DNA of 62,053 nucleotides, filler included, from 4 parts of 4 records of this genome joined end to end with filler, not necessarily neighbours in it, one strand, 5' to 3'; counted from the first letter of the whole stretch, positions 48,419-59,824 are shown. Numbers and translations are program-made. The notes: generated by a model from the letters alone, not told the origin.

Positions 48419-49462
48419 TTACCGACCTCCCTTGGCTTTGACGGCCCGGATCACCTTGTAGCCACCTTCGTCGGCGAGCTGTTTCACATCGGCGAAGACT
48501 TCGCCCAGCGTGTGCTCGTAGGGAAGATGCCGGTTCGCGACCATGAAGAACTCGCCACCCGGCCGCAGTCCGCGGGCAGCGGCGCGAATGAAGCCCTGAC
48601 CGACGTCGGCGCGATCTGCCTTGCCGGCCTGGTGGAACGGCGGGTTGGAGACGATGAAGTCGTAAGGCCCTTCGATGCCCTGGGTCACATCCGACCAGAT
48701 GCCGTTCATCGTTCTGAGGCCCTTGAAGGCAGCCAGGTTCTGTTCGGCCAGATCCAGCGCACGCTTTTCCGCCTCGTAGAGATCCATCGAAGTGACCTTC
48801 GGAGCCTTCTCGAAAACGGCACGGGTCAGATAACCGAAGCCCGCTCCAAGATCAGCGCCTCTGCCCTTCAGCGTTGCCGGCACAAGGTCTGCCAGAAGTC
48901 TGGAGGCCGGGTCGATCCTGTCCCAGGCGAAGATGCCCGGCCGGCTGACGAATGTGCCGTCAAGCACGGTCCGCGGCGCATCCAGTACCAGCCATTCGGC
49001 GAGAAGCGCGGTGTTCAGGCTGTCATCGGAAACTTCACTCCAGACAACCCGGCACTTGTTCTTGGTCATTTTCTCGGCGCTGCCCAGAAGCTCCTGAAGG
49101 TCGCTTTCCAGCGTCTTGGCACCTTCGGTGTTGGGCGCGCAGGCAATCACGGTTCCACCCGGCCGTGTCTTTGAAACCGCACGGGCAAGCTGCGCCCTTG
49201 CTTCCTGCCGTTGACGACCGGGAAGAACGAGAACAGCGTCGAAGCTGTTGTCTTCCGTCTCCGCGTCTACCTTCAGCCCTGCCTTTTGCAGCGCATCCCG
49301 GTCTGGTGCGAAACTCTGTTCGCAAACAAGATCTACGTCCGCAAGCGCTGCAAGCGGACGCCCTGTCCTTGCGCGCAGGAACAGAACGCGGCTCTTGTCG
49401 GCAAGCTCGACAGCCCCGGTTTCAAGAGGCAATACGAGTGTATCGAGCGCGGGATCGGACAT
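48419..49462 (-). CDS. rsmC: RsmC-like class I SAM-dependent methyltransferase
   Basis: PGIFAWDRID.AS.LL, DLGAGFG, SNPPFH, VANRHLPYE. Confidence 0.82.
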   Translation of the reverse strand: MSDPALDTLVLPLETGAVELADKSRVLFLRARTGRPLAALADVDLVCEQSFAPDRDALQKAGLKVDAETEDNSFDAVLVLPGRQRQEARAQLARAVSKTRPGGTVIACAPNTEGAKTLESDLQELLGSAEKMTKNKCRVVWSEVSDDSLNTALLAEWLVLDAPRTVLDGTFVSRPGIFAWDRIDPASRLLADLVPATLKGRGADLGAGFGYLTRAVFEKAPKVTSMDLYEAEKRALDLAEQNLAAFKGLRTMNGIWSDVTQGIEGPYDFIVSNPPFHQAGKADRADVGQGFIRAAARGLRPGGEFFMVANRHLPYEHTLGEVFADVKQLADEGGYKVIRAVKAKGGR

Positions 49463-49519
49463 GGCGGTCTTTCAGACGGGTTTCAGCTGACGCGCTCATA
49501 CCGCCAGAATGGCCGAAGG

Positions 49520-50092
49520 TCAAAAGATCGCATCAGACCGGAAAGCTTTTCCATCCACCAGCAAGTTTACGGGCAGCGACCGGCCGTCTTCGGTCAACGA
49601 GATTTCAAGAAGAATGCGCGATGTGTCCATGCGTTCGATTTCAAGTCCCTCGCCCTCGGGCAGGAAGAAGGCATCGATACCGTAGTCCACCCGTATTTCG
49701 TCACCAAGAACGGAGCGAACGGTACCGGCGATGGCCAGATCGCCGGCGTCAGCTCTTTCCTTCGCGATCAGCACCGGCACGGCAGCACCCGTTCCTTCTG
49801 ACTTCAGACCGACGAAGATGCTGTCTCCCGACTGGACCTTGTCGGCACCGGGCACCGTCCTGGAAATGGTACCGATCGAAAGATTGATCACTACATAGTC
49901 GCCACGGAGCAGGTCTCTCGGGTCAACCGGCACCACGGCAAGCGAAACAGCGCTTCCGCTGTGTTGCACGTCCAGCCGGTCGAACAACGGGATTGAGATG
50001 AGGCCAAGCTGGATCAGGGCCAGAAGTCCCCAAAGCAGCCATGGGGCGCGGGACTGCGGCTTTGAAACGGGAGTTGCAGTTGCCGTGGTCAT
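49520..50092 (-). CDS. GDYXXLXY domain membrane-anchored protein
   Basis: PVDPRDLLRGDYV, YGIDAFFLPEG. Confidence 0.82.
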   Translation of the reverse strand: MTTATATPVSKPQSRAPWLLWGLLALIQLGLISIPLFDRLDVQHSGSAVSLAVVPVDPRDLLRGDYVVINLSIGTISRTVPGADKVQSGDSIFVGLKSEGTGAAVPVLIAKERADAGDLAIAGTVRSVLGDEIRVDYGIDAFFLPEGEGLEIERMDTSRILLEISLTEDGRSLPVNLLVDGKAFRSDAIF

Positions 50093-51450
50093 TCCTGAAC
50101 CTCCCCGGTGACGTCACCTTGTTCCGGCGTCCGGCCACCGCGCCTCATCAGACGCGCCAGCCAAAGGGCCATTCCCAGCAGCAGAACTCCTGCCACCAGG
50201 AAGAACAGCGACTGCCCCAGCAAACTGCCGATGGTGACCTGAAGCAGCCAGAGCGCGACGGCGGTCAGGCCGAAATAGGCACAAAGCATCCAGAACCTGT
50301 TGTTATACCATGTCCCCAGTGCGCACAGACCGATCAGTGCCGCCAGAACAAAGGCTGCCAGCACGAGAACGTTGGCTGTCAGAACCGGCATCAGCACGGC
50401 CACAAGCGCCAGGCCGGTTGCCCCGAAGAGCGCCCCCGACTTCACGGTCTTGTAGGATAGCAGCAGGCCAGTCACCAGGAGAGCCAGAGCGGCGGCCAAC
50501 GGCACCATGGCAGGGAGTGTTGCAAGGCCGCCCAAGGACGGTTCATCCGCGACCTCGGGAACAAACACGAGCGCCAGGACGACCAGCACCGACAAGACCA
50601 GAATACCGACATCCTGAAGGGACCTTGCCATCAGCCAATGCCCATGACTGCGCGTCGGCCGGTCGCTTGACCACTTCACGAAAAGATCGGCAACGGGATC
50701 GAGCAACATCATCGCGGCCGCCATTCCACCGGTTCCGGCTAGGAACATTGCAGTGATGAAATCATCGCTGGAGCTCATCAGTTCCGCTGTTTCGCCAAAC
50801 CAGCGGCCATAGGTTACACAGAGCAGCGAAATCGCGGCCCAGCGCGAAAGCCGTGCGGGATGGATGACCGGATGTGCAAACACCGCGACAAGAAGGAGAA
50901 GCCCGATCAGATCTTCCATCAGCGGTGCCGAACCGAATTCGGACCGCATGACCTGCCAGGTTATGGCAGCACCGGCAGCGACGATCAGGGATGTTTTCGA
51001 ACCGGTGAGCCACGCGGCAGCCAGCGCACCGAGACAGACAAGGAAAGCGCCACCGGGCCAGTCGGCGGGCAAGTGGAAGATCTGTCCGACCAGCGCCATG
51101 CCACCGAGAAAAACCAGCGTGGCAAAGCCAGTGGCAAGATCCGCGATACCCTTGCGCCCTCTTGTTGCGGCAAAGGCCGCAAGACCGTTGCTCGCAACGA
51201 CAAGCAGTGCAATGCCGACGAGCTTCACGGACTTCGGGATAGCTCCCCAGTTTGCCGCAATGAACGCCAGCAGCGCCAAAGCCACGCAGACCATTCCAAT
51301 TCCGGCAAGGGCCATGGGCAGGCGTGAACGACCGTCGTCCTGATCCTGCTCCTTCAATATGGCCATTGCACCGGCAGAACTCACCCAGCCCTTCTCGACC
51401 CAAAGTTCCAGGTCGTCCTTCAAGCGTTTCTTATAGGCCCAGTCGAACAT
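50089..51450 (-). CDS. DUF2157 polytopic membrane protein
   Basis: DL..WV..G, LAFIAANW..IP, ALVGQIFH; 4-nt overlap with the GDYXXLXY gene. Confidence 0.82.
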   Translation of the reverse strand: MFDWAYKKRLKDDLELWVEKGWVSSAGAMAILKEQDQDDGRSRLPMALAGIGMVCVALALLAFIAANWGAIPKSVKLVGIALLVVASNGLAAFAATRGRKGIADLATGFATLVFLGGMALVGQIFHLPADWPGGAFLVCLGALAAAWLTGSKTSLIVAAGAAITWQVMRSEFGSAPLMEDLIGLLLLVAVFAHPVIHPARLSRWAAISLLCVTYGRWFGETAELMSSSDDFITAMFLAGTGGMAAAMMLLDPVADLFVKWSSDRPTRSHGHWLMARSLQDVGILVLSVLVVLALVFVPEVADEPSLGGLATLPAMVPLAAALALLVTGLLLSYKTVKSGALFGATGLALVAVLMPVLTANVLVLAAFVLAALIGLCALGTWYNNRFWMLCAYFGLTAVALWLLQVTIGSLLGQSLFFLVAGVLLLGMALWLARLMRRGGRTPEQGDVTGEVQE

Positions 51451-51841
51451 GCGGCTCCGCCAGTTTTCTCTTCATTTTTCTCTCGCAGCAGGGTTTTCCC
51501 TCACCCAGGCACACGGGATTCCGAACCGCGAGCGGCTCTGCTTCGGACAAGAAGTAGGCATTCGGGTGGCGAATAGGAAGTTTGTCTTTCGCCATCACGC
51601 TGGAGCGTAGCGAAAAATGCAATAAAAACAGAGTTCGAAATTCGGCAGCTCAAATTCCTGCCGGAAGCAGCGTTCCGGCACTTGTGAGCACCACCGATCT
51701 TGCTATGCTTAACGGACAAATCCGGCGGCTGGACATCGGCACCACCTGTGCCGGATTGCCGCCAACATGTCTTAGCCTGCTAAGCGAAACACCGTTTCAG
51801 ATCAGAGCCAAACTCCAAAAATAATTCCAGGGGGGCTCTGT

Positions 51842-51874
51842 GGGGGCGTCCGAGAGGCCCGGACGCCCCCTTTT
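51842..51874. terminator. GC-rich hairpin terminator next to the DUF3141 stop
   Basis: GGGGGCGTCCG-N7-CGGACGCCCCC-TTTT. Confidence 0.65.
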
Positions 51875-51875
51875 A

Positions 51876-54515
51876 TTATTCAGCCGGTTCCTGAGGTTTT
51901 TTCGCTCTGCTGCGTGATTTGCGCGGAGCCGTCGTCTTGCGCCCCGCTGCCTTTCGCGTTGCAGTCTTGCGAGGAGACGATTTGCTCGGCACCGCCGCAG
52001 CCGAGGCCGCCCTAACGGGAGCTGTCCGCGTTGGCGTGGACTTCGCGGGGGCCTTGCTCGCCGCCTCTTCCTGTGCCGCTCGGGCGTCTTCCTTGCCCGG
52101 CTCGACGACTACATCGGTCACTGCAAGGGGATCTTCCGTGATGTCTCCCGAAACAGGCGGCAGACCCAGCACCTTGTGGAACTGCTGCAGCGTTTCCAGT
52201 GTATGCGGCGTCATTTCGTCTATTGCGCCGGGAATGAACCGCACAACCTTGGCCGCAAGTTCCCTCTCTTCCGGGGTTTTCAGAAGCTTTGGCAAGGTTT
52301 CGATTGCCAGTTCGGGGGCAAATTCGACGATCAGCGTCTGTTCCTGAAGAATGAAACTGCGTTCGTCCGCATTGAGTGATTTGAACGGTTCGTCCTGTGT
52401 CAGGACACGGGCCGAGCGTTCCAGACGGTCGCGGCGAACATTGCCCCGGCTGTCGGCAAGCAGGATCAGCATACGGATCACCGCTTCGCAGAAACCACCT
52501 TCCTCGATATGCATCAGGGCTGCCTGGACCGGCGGCAAGCTGCGCAACTCGTCCTTGCGCTTCAGCGTCCGGCCCGGTTGCTTGGTCCGGCCGAACCAGC
52601 GCATGTAGGGCGTGCCCCAAATGGAATAGAAGAGGTTCTCGTAGGCTGTGTCGCGCAAATCCCGGAAAAGATCCATGGACTGCTCGATCAAGGCTGCATT
52701 GACCTTTTCCAGTTCGACAAACGGATTGCCTGCAGCGGCCGGAGACCTTTCGTTCCTTGCACGTTCGGCAATGCCAGGCAACCAGCCGAGAGCCGGATTT
52801 AGGCTGGAGAACAGCGCACGCTGCATTCTGAGCGGATGGCTCTTGCGACGCAGATCCGCGCTCTGCTCGGTGACGAAAGCCTGCACGAAAGGCCGTACGC
52901 AAACATCGTAGAATTCGGCCTGCTGCTCGGATGCACGGGCAACAGCGGCAAAGGGTATTTCATCGTCCCGGCCATCATCGATCTTCGTCAGGTCTTCCAT
53001 CTTGCGCTCATGGAAGCTGACCGTGAATTCCCGCTCCAGCAGCGGGCCTTCATAGTCGTCGATGGTCATTTCGTAGAGGCCTGGCGCCAGCGCCTCGATT
53101 GTCTTCAGTGTCGAGGTGACTTCCGTGTGCTCCTTCTTCGCAATCTTGGAGGACACGAAAATGCCGAGATGGCCAACCTGTTCGTGGATCATATAGATGA
53201 TCCGCTGGCCACGAATGGCGATTTCCCGCTCATCCGTGTAGGTGTCGATGATCCAGTTGAGGGCCTGCTGCGGCGGTGTGATGTTGTCGCCATAGCTGGC
53301 GAAAACGATGATCGGCGCGCGAATATGCTTGATGTCGACGTTTCGGCCGGGCTCAAGCTGTGCCTCATTCTTGGAAAGACGGTTGCCGACGAAGAGCTGC
53401 TCGACAATCCACTTCATCTCAGCTTCGTTCAGCAGGAAATACCCGCCCCACCAGCGTTCGAACTCCAGGAAACGCTTTGGCTCGGTATCTACCTTGGCAT
53501 AGAGATCGTAGTACTTGCCGAAGTAGTTCCGGGCCGGATTGAGCAGTTCGAAATTCTGCACGATGTCGGCGCCATCGAAGATGCCATGACCAAGGTCGGA
53601 GTAATACATCGCGTTCCAGGTCCCACCCAGGACACCGGCATTATAACGCATCGGGTTTTCACCGACCCGGCCGGACCATGTGGACACAGGCGCCCCATTG
53701 AGGATGACCGGCCCGGTCAGATCCGGGTTCATGGCAGCCAGCAGCAGCGTCGCCCAACCACCCTGGCAATTCCCTGTCACCACCGGGTTCGGAGCTTCGG
53801 GGTGAAGCTCCATGACCTTGCGCACAAAGGCCGCCTCGGCATGGGTCACGTCCGCCAGTGTCTGGCCTTTCTCCGGCATGCGCTTGAAGGCAACGAAGTA
53901 GACCGGGTGACCGTCATGCAGGGCAACGCCCACCTGACTGTCCGGTTTGAAACCACCGATCCCGGCTCCGTGTCCGGCCCGTGGATCGATGATGATATAG
54001 GGCCGTTTCCAGGGTTTCGGATCACGGCATGGCAGATCTGCGGGCGGAATGATTTTCAGCAGCATGTAACAGCTGGGGCGCGGCAGATCGGCACCATCCA
54101 GAACCACTTCATAGTCATAGATCAGGACAGGTGGACAGCCGGCCTCTTCGTGATCCAGGAAGATGTCACCGCGCTGACGAAGCGTGTCCATTGTGAGAAC
54201 CATGCGCTGGGCCGCATCCTTCCAGTAGTCTTCCCAGGCCTCGTATAAAGACCCTTTTTCCTGCGCACCGCCCATGGCTTCCACGGCTTTGCCGAACTCG
54301 GAAATATTCGACTGCCAACGGGTCTTGTGATCGTCCGAGATCCGGGTCAGGTGCTTCGTCAGTCCCCTGCCAATCAGTTCCGCAAGGTTGGACAGCTCCG
54401 TCGCCTGGGCCTGCAGTGCCGTAAAACGCTCCGAGGGGCCCCAGGCGGTGGCATCATGCAGCGATTCCAGAAATTCGTTCTGGCCTTTTTCAAGCGCGTC
54501 AAAAATGTCCTTCAT
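51876..54515 (-). CDS. DUF3141 alpha/beta-hydrolase, PHA-synthase-like, with basic C-terminal tail
   Basis: DPRAGHG.GIGGFK, lipase box GNCQGG, GDNITPP, VGHLGIF. Confidence 0.85.
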   Translation of the reverse strand: MKDIFDALEKGQNEFLESLHDATAWGPSERFTALQAQATELSNLAELIGRGLTKHLTRISDDHKTRWQSNISEFGKAVEAMGGAQEKGSLYEAWEDYWKDAAQRMVLTMDTLRQRGDIFLDHEEAGCPPVLIYDYEVVLDGADLPRPSCYMLLKIIPPADLPCRDPKPWKRPYIIIDPRAGHGAGIGGFKPDSQVGVALHDGHPVYFVAFKRMPEKGQTLADVTHAEAAFVRKVMELHPEAPNPVVTGNCQGGWATLLLAAMNPDLTGPVILNGAPVSTWSGRVGENPMRYNAGVLGGTWNAMYYSDLGHGIFDGADIVQNFELLNPARNYFGKYYDLYAKVDTEPKRFLEFERWWGGYFLLNEAEMKWIVEQLFVGNRLSKNEAQLEPGRNVDIKHIRAPIIVFASYGDNITPPQQALNWIIDTYTDEREIAIRGQRIIYMIHEQVGHLGIFVSSKIAKKEHTEVTSTLKTIEALAPGLYEMTIDDYEGPLLEREFTVSFHERKMEDLTKIDDGRDDEIPFAAVARASEQQAEFYDVCVRPFVQAFVTEQSADLRRKSHPLRMQRALFSSLNPALGWLPGIAERARNERSPAAAGNPFVELEKVNAALIEQSMDLFRDLRDTAYENLFYSIWGTPYMRWFGRTKQPGRTLKRKDELRSLPPVQAALMHIEEGGFCEAVIRMLILLADSRGNVRRDRLERSARVLTQDEPFKSLNADERSFILQEQTLIVEFAPELAIETLPKLLKTPEERELAAKVVRFIPGAIDEMTPHTLETLQQFHKVLGLPPVSGDITEDPLAVTDVVVEPGKEDARAAQEEAASKAPAKSTPTRTAPVRAASAAAVPSKSSPRKTATRKAAGRKTTAPRKSRSRAKKPQEPAE

Positions 54516-54524
54516 CAGGACCTC

Positions 54525-55289
54525 CTATCCAAGAATGCTGTAGCCACCGTCGATCGGGTGCACGGCCCCGGTGACGTTGAACGCCTCCCGGCTGGCAAGA
54601 AAGGCGGCATAGGCCCCGACATCGTCGATCGTGGCCAGTTGGTGTGTCGGCGCGCGTTCAGCCGCGTCGTTCAGTAATGCGTCGAATTCGGCAATGCCCG
54701 ATGCGGCGCGGGTCTTGAGCGGACCTGGCGACAGCGCATGGACCGAGATTCCCTTCGATCCGAGCTCGGCTGCCGCATAGCGGGTGGCCGCCTCCAGCGC
54801 GGCCTTGACCGGGCCCATGACGCCATAGTTCTCGACGACCTTCTGCGCGCCCATGAAAGAGACTGTCATGCAGGTACCGCCATGGGGCATGAGCGGCTCC
54901 GCCCTTTTGATAAGCCGCAGGAAGGAGTGGACGGAAACGTCCATGGCCAGCGAAAAGCCGTCCGCGGAACAGTCGATCACACGGCCATGCAGGTCTTCCT
55001 TTTTGGAGAAGGCGATGGAATGGAGCAAAGTGTCGAGACGGCCCCATTTGGCCTCAATCTCGGAAAACAGCGCGTCCATCTGCTCTGTATCGCGCACGTC
55101 GAGCGGGGCAATGATCTCCGCATCGAGCTGTTCGGCCAGAGGCCGCACGTAGGCTTCGGCCCGCTCATTCAGATAAGTGATCGCCAGATCTGCTCCCTGC
55201 GCACGGAAGGCCTTGGCGCAGCCATAGGCGATGGACTGATCGTTGGCGACCCCGACAACAAGGGCCTTGTGGCCCGTCAAATCAAACAT
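54525..55289 (-). CDS. fabI: Enoyl-ACP reductase FabI
   Basis: GVANDQSIAYG, HSIAF, YGVMGPVKAALE, SPGPLKTRAASGI. Confidence 0.9.
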   Translation of the reverse strand: MFDLTGHKALVVGVANDQSIAYGCAKAFRAQGADLAITYLNERAEAYVRPLAEQLDAEIIAPLDVRDTEQMDALFSEIEAKWGRLDTLLHSIAFSKKEDLHGRVIDCSADGFSLAMDVSVHSFLRLIKRAEPLMPHGGTCMTVSFMGAQKVVENYGVMGPVKAALEAATRYAAAELGSKGISVHALSPGPLKTRAASGIAEFDALLNDAAERAPTHQLATIDDVGAYAAFLASREAFNVTGAVHPIDGGYSILG

Positions 55290-55503
55290 ATGCGCACAGC
55301 TCCCGAAACCTTGGGCAGCCAGGACGGAGGGACACCGGCCGACCACCACACTTTGCTGTCTCAAGCGCAACCTGAAACTGCTTCGCAGTGCAACATAAAC
55401 CTTGTGACGGAACAATGACCTTTTCAAGGAGATAAGGGTTAGTGCTGATGAAAATGATCTGCTGCAGCGCAAAATCAGCACCAGACGGAAAGCCCGCCTA
55501 AAG

Positions 55504-55535
55504 AAAACGGCGCCCCGGGAAACCCCAGGGCGCCG
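55504..55535 (-). terminator. Terminator after katG
   Basis: CGGCGCCC...GGGCGCCG followed by TTTT on minus strand. Confidence 0.65.
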
Positions 55536-55564
55536 CCATCTGTCTCAAATTGCAGATACCGTTC

Positions 55565-56513
<949 letters not shown>

Positions 56514-56613
56514 NNNNNNNNNNNNNNNNNNNNNNNNNNNNNNNNNNNNNNNNNNNNTTAATTAATTAANNNNNNNNNNNNNNNNNNNNNNNNNNNNNNN
56601 NNNNNNNNNNNNN
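56514..56613. other. Artificial contig linker
   Basis: N44-TTAATTAATTAA-N44. Confidence 0.99.
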
Positions 56614-57450
56614 GGGTGCCGAGCCTGAAATAAACAGCCGCATCCCCGATGCCAGCTGCGCGGTGAATTCGGGCTGGTCTAGCAGGCGGGTGTAAAAGGT
56701 GGGCACGCCCATCATGGTGGTGGCGCGGGGCATATCGCGCAAAATTGCCTGCACATCGAAGCCGGGGTAGAAAAGCATCTGCGCGCCCGACAAAAGGCAG
56801 ATATTTGTCGCCACAAACAGGCCATGGGTGTGAAAGATGGGCAAGGCATGCATCAGCACATCTTTGTCAGAAAACTGCCAGCTATCAGCCAGCACCTCGG
56901 CGTTGGATAGCAGGTTGGCATGGGTTAGCATCGCCCCTTTCGAGCGCCCAGTGGTGCCCGATGTATATAAAAACGCGGCCAAATCATCGGGTTGGCGGGG
57001 CACGGTGGCAAATTCCAGGGGCTGATCTGCGGCCAGATCGGCAAAACTGCCTGTGCCATTGGCGTTCAACACCTCAAGCTGGGCACCAGCGGCCTGCGCC
57101 ACTGGCAAAAGGGTGCTGGCATTGGCGGCATCGCAAATCAGCAGTTTGGCACCGCTGTTTTCCACGAAATAGGCCACTTCGGCGGCGGTATAGGCTGTGT
57201 TCAAGGGCAGAAAAATAACCCCCGCCTGAACACAGGCTGCATAGACCGCCAAGGCCTGGGGTGATTTGGCAATTTGCACGGCCAGCCTGTCGCCGGGCTG
57301 CAGGCCCAACTGCCCCAAAACATGCGCAAACTGCGCCGCCATTCCCACAAACGCCCCATGCGACAGCACGCTACCATCGGCCAAGGTGATAAACGCCGTC
57401 TTTTGGCCCTGATAGCGTTGGAATAGCGCGTCGTAGAGTGTGTTTGCCAT
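56614..57450 (-). CDS. matB: Malonyl-CoA synthetase, N-terminal part (contig end)
   Basis: LPLNTAYT, LYTSGTTGRSKGAMLTH, HALPIFHTHGLFVA, MGVPTFYTRLL, LFISGSAP. Confidence 0.88.
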
Positions 57451-57568
57451 GGTCTGCCCCCTATTTCTGCAGCTGTTATAGGCCGGGCGCCTGCCCTTGG
57501 TCTAGCCGGGGCATTGACGATTTCACCCGCCCAGATAAGCATGCGCACAAAGCGACAGGAGACAGGCC

Positions 57569-58492
57569 ATGAACCCGCTGCGGGGCATTTTGTTTAAACT
57601 GGCATCTGTCAGCATGTTCATCACCATGGCCTCGCTGATTAAGGCAACAGCCGATCATGTGCCGCCGGGACAGGCGGTGTTTTTTCGCTCGTTCTTTGCC
57701 ATTCCGGTTATTTTGGCCTGGCTGTGGCTGCGGCGCGATCTGTCTACGGGGCTGCGTGTGGCCAGCCCGATGGGCCATTTCTGGCGCGGCTTTGTGGGCA
57801 CCAGCGCCATGGGGCTTGGCTTTGCCGGCCTGGGCCTGTTGCCCCTGCCCGAGGTCACCGCCATCGGCTATGCCGCGCCGCTGCTGACGGTGGTGTTTGC
57901 CGCTATGTTTTTGGGCGAAGAGGTGCGGGCCTTTCGCCTGGCTGCGGTGTTTTTGGGGCTGGTGGGCGTGGGCGTGGTGCTGGGCCCCCGCCTGACAGTG
58001 TTTTCTAGCGACACGATCGAAACCGCAGCCGCCTTTGGTGCCATGCTGGTGCTGATGGGGGCGGTTTGTGCGGCTTTGGCGCAGATTTACGTGCGCAAAA
58101 TGGTCCAGACCGAACAAACCTCGGCGATCGTTTTTTACTTTTCGCTTACTGCGACGCTGCTATCGCTGCTGACCTTGCCATTTGGCTGGGTTGTGCCTGC
58201 CCCTACCGAGGCCGGCTTGCTGGTGGTGGCGGGTGTTTTGGGCGGTATGGGGCAGATTTTTCTGACCTCGGCCTATCGCTATGCCGCGGCCAGCGTGGTG
58301 GCACCGATTGATTATGCCTCGATGGTGATGGCCATTGGCATTGGCTATTTCGTCTTTTCCGAAGTGCCCACACTGCAAATGCTGGCAGGCGCGGGGCTAA
58401 TCATTTTTGCCGGGGTGCTGATTATCTGGCGCGAACAGGCCCTGGGCCTGCGCCGGGAGAAAGCGCGCCAAGGGATTACGCCGCAAGGCTGA
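57569..58492 (+). CDS. EamA/DMT family transporter
   Basis: FFRSFF, FLGEEV...R, AYRYA.AS..APIDY; about 10 TM segments. Confidence 0.85.
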   Translation: MNPLRGILFKLASVSMFITMASLIKATADHVPPGQAVFFRSFFAIPVILAWLWLRRDLSTGLRVASPMGHFWRGFVGTSAMGLGFAGLGLLPLPEVTAIGYAAPLLTVVFAAMFLGEEVRAFRLAAVFLGLVGVGVVLGPRLTVFSSDTIETAAAFGAMLVLMGAVCAALAQIYVRKMVQTEQTSAIVFYFSLTATLLSLLTLPFGWVVPAPTEAGLLVVAGVLGGMGQIFLTSAYRYAAASVVAPIDYASMVMAIGIGYFVFSEVPTLQMLAGAGLIIFAGVLIIWREQALGLRREKARQGITPQG

Positions 58493-59824
58493 TCAGCGCA
58501 GATCTGCCATCGCCGCACCCGCATAGACAAAGGGCATCCACACCCGCCGCAACCGCCCAAGGGCAAACCGCGGGGGCACGATCTGCATGGCCTTGGGCAC
58601 GGCACTGGGCCGGCCCAACACCAGATCGGCCAACAGCTGGCCCGTGAAACTGCCCATCGCCACGCCATTACCATGATAGGCAAACCCGGCCCAAGCCTGC
58701 GCAATACCGGGCACCGGGCCACAATAGGGCAGCAAATGCGCGCTTAGGCACACCATGCCAGACCAGCCCCAAGGCACCTCGACATGGGCCCATGCGGGGA
58801 ACATGCGGCGAAAATGGCGCTGGGTAACAGCGGCGGCGGCCCTGTCGGCGCGCGGCGATGACACCAGCCCGCCGCGGCGCCCAAACAGAAACCGGCCATC
58901 GGGCATCAGGCGGAAATAGTGCAGCAAATGGCGGCTATCAAAAGCCATCTGGGCGCTGGTCCAGCCGGCCTGTTGCTGCTCGTCTGCGGTTAATACCCGC
59001 GTCACCAGCACATTTGATTGCGCCGGCATGTAGCGCGCCGCCATCCAGGGTGGCACATCCTCGGATGCATAGCCATTGGTGGCCAAGACCAGCCGCCGTG
59101 CCCGCACATGGCCTTGGGGCAGGTGCAGGCTGTGGCCGGCATTATCGCTATCAATGCGCTGCACGGGGCTGGCCCCAAAAACCCGCACGCCGGCCTGTTG
59201 GGCGGCCTGTAGCAGGCCCAACAGGTATTTGCGCGGGTTCAATGCAAAGCCCAAGGGCAGTGTCATGCCACCATGAAACGGGCCGTTCAGTCCCAAACCT
59301 GCCAATTCGGCCCTGTCATGCAGCACCGGATCCACGCCATAGGCCTGCGCCACATCGGCCGCCCCCGCCACGATCTGGGCCATGGCGCGGGGGCTGTGGG
59401 CCAGCAGGGTTTCCCCCTGCGAATGGCAATCGGCATCGATATGATGGGCCCGCAACAGCCCTGCCACGGTATCAATTGCGCGGCTTTCGGCGCGCTGCCA
59501 TTGTGCCAAACCATCAGCACCCACGCGCGCCGCAATTTGCGCCGTGCTGGCCTTGGCGCCACCCAGGCAACAAAAACCGCCATTGCGCCCAGATGCCCCC
59601 CAGCCCGGGTGCCCCGCGTCTAACACCACAACATCGGCCCCGGCCTGTGCCAGGGCCAACGCGGCTGACAGGCCGGTAAACCCGGCGCCCACCACCGCCA
59701 CATCGGCCTGGCCCACGCCCGCCCAAGCAGGGCACGCCAGCTGCGCATCGGGCACGGTGCTGGCCCAAAAATTGTGCTGTGCTGGCCCCGGCCCGTAGGC
59801 ATGGGCGCCAAAAATACGCCTCAT
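58493..59824 (-). CDS. FAD-dependent oxidoreductase, PuuB/DadA-like
   Basis: GAGFTGLSAA, GASGRNGG, LATNGY, YHGNGVA; last gene of the pot operon. Confidence 0.82.
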   Translation of the reverse strand: MRRIFGAHAYGPGPAQHNFWASTVPDAQLACPAWAGVGQADVAVVGAGFTGLSAALALAQAGADVVVLDAGHPGWGASGRNGGFCCLGGAKASTAQIAARVGADGLAQWQRAESRAIDTVAGLLRAHHIDADCHSQGETLLAHSPRAMAQIVAGAADVAQAYGVDPVLHDRAELAGLGLNGPFHGGMTLPLGFALNPRKYLLGLLQAAQQAGVRVFGASPVQRIDSDNAGHSLHLPQGHVRARRLVLATNGYASEDVPPWMAARYMPAQSNVLVTRVLTADEQQQAGWTSAQMAFDSRHLLHYFRLMPDGRFLFGRRGGLVSSPRADRAAAAVTQRHFRRMFPAWAHVEVPWGWSGMVCLSAHLLPYCGPVPGIAQAWAGFAYHGNGVAMGSFTGQLLADLVLGRPSAVPKAMQIVPPRFALGRLRRVWMPFVYAGAAMADLR

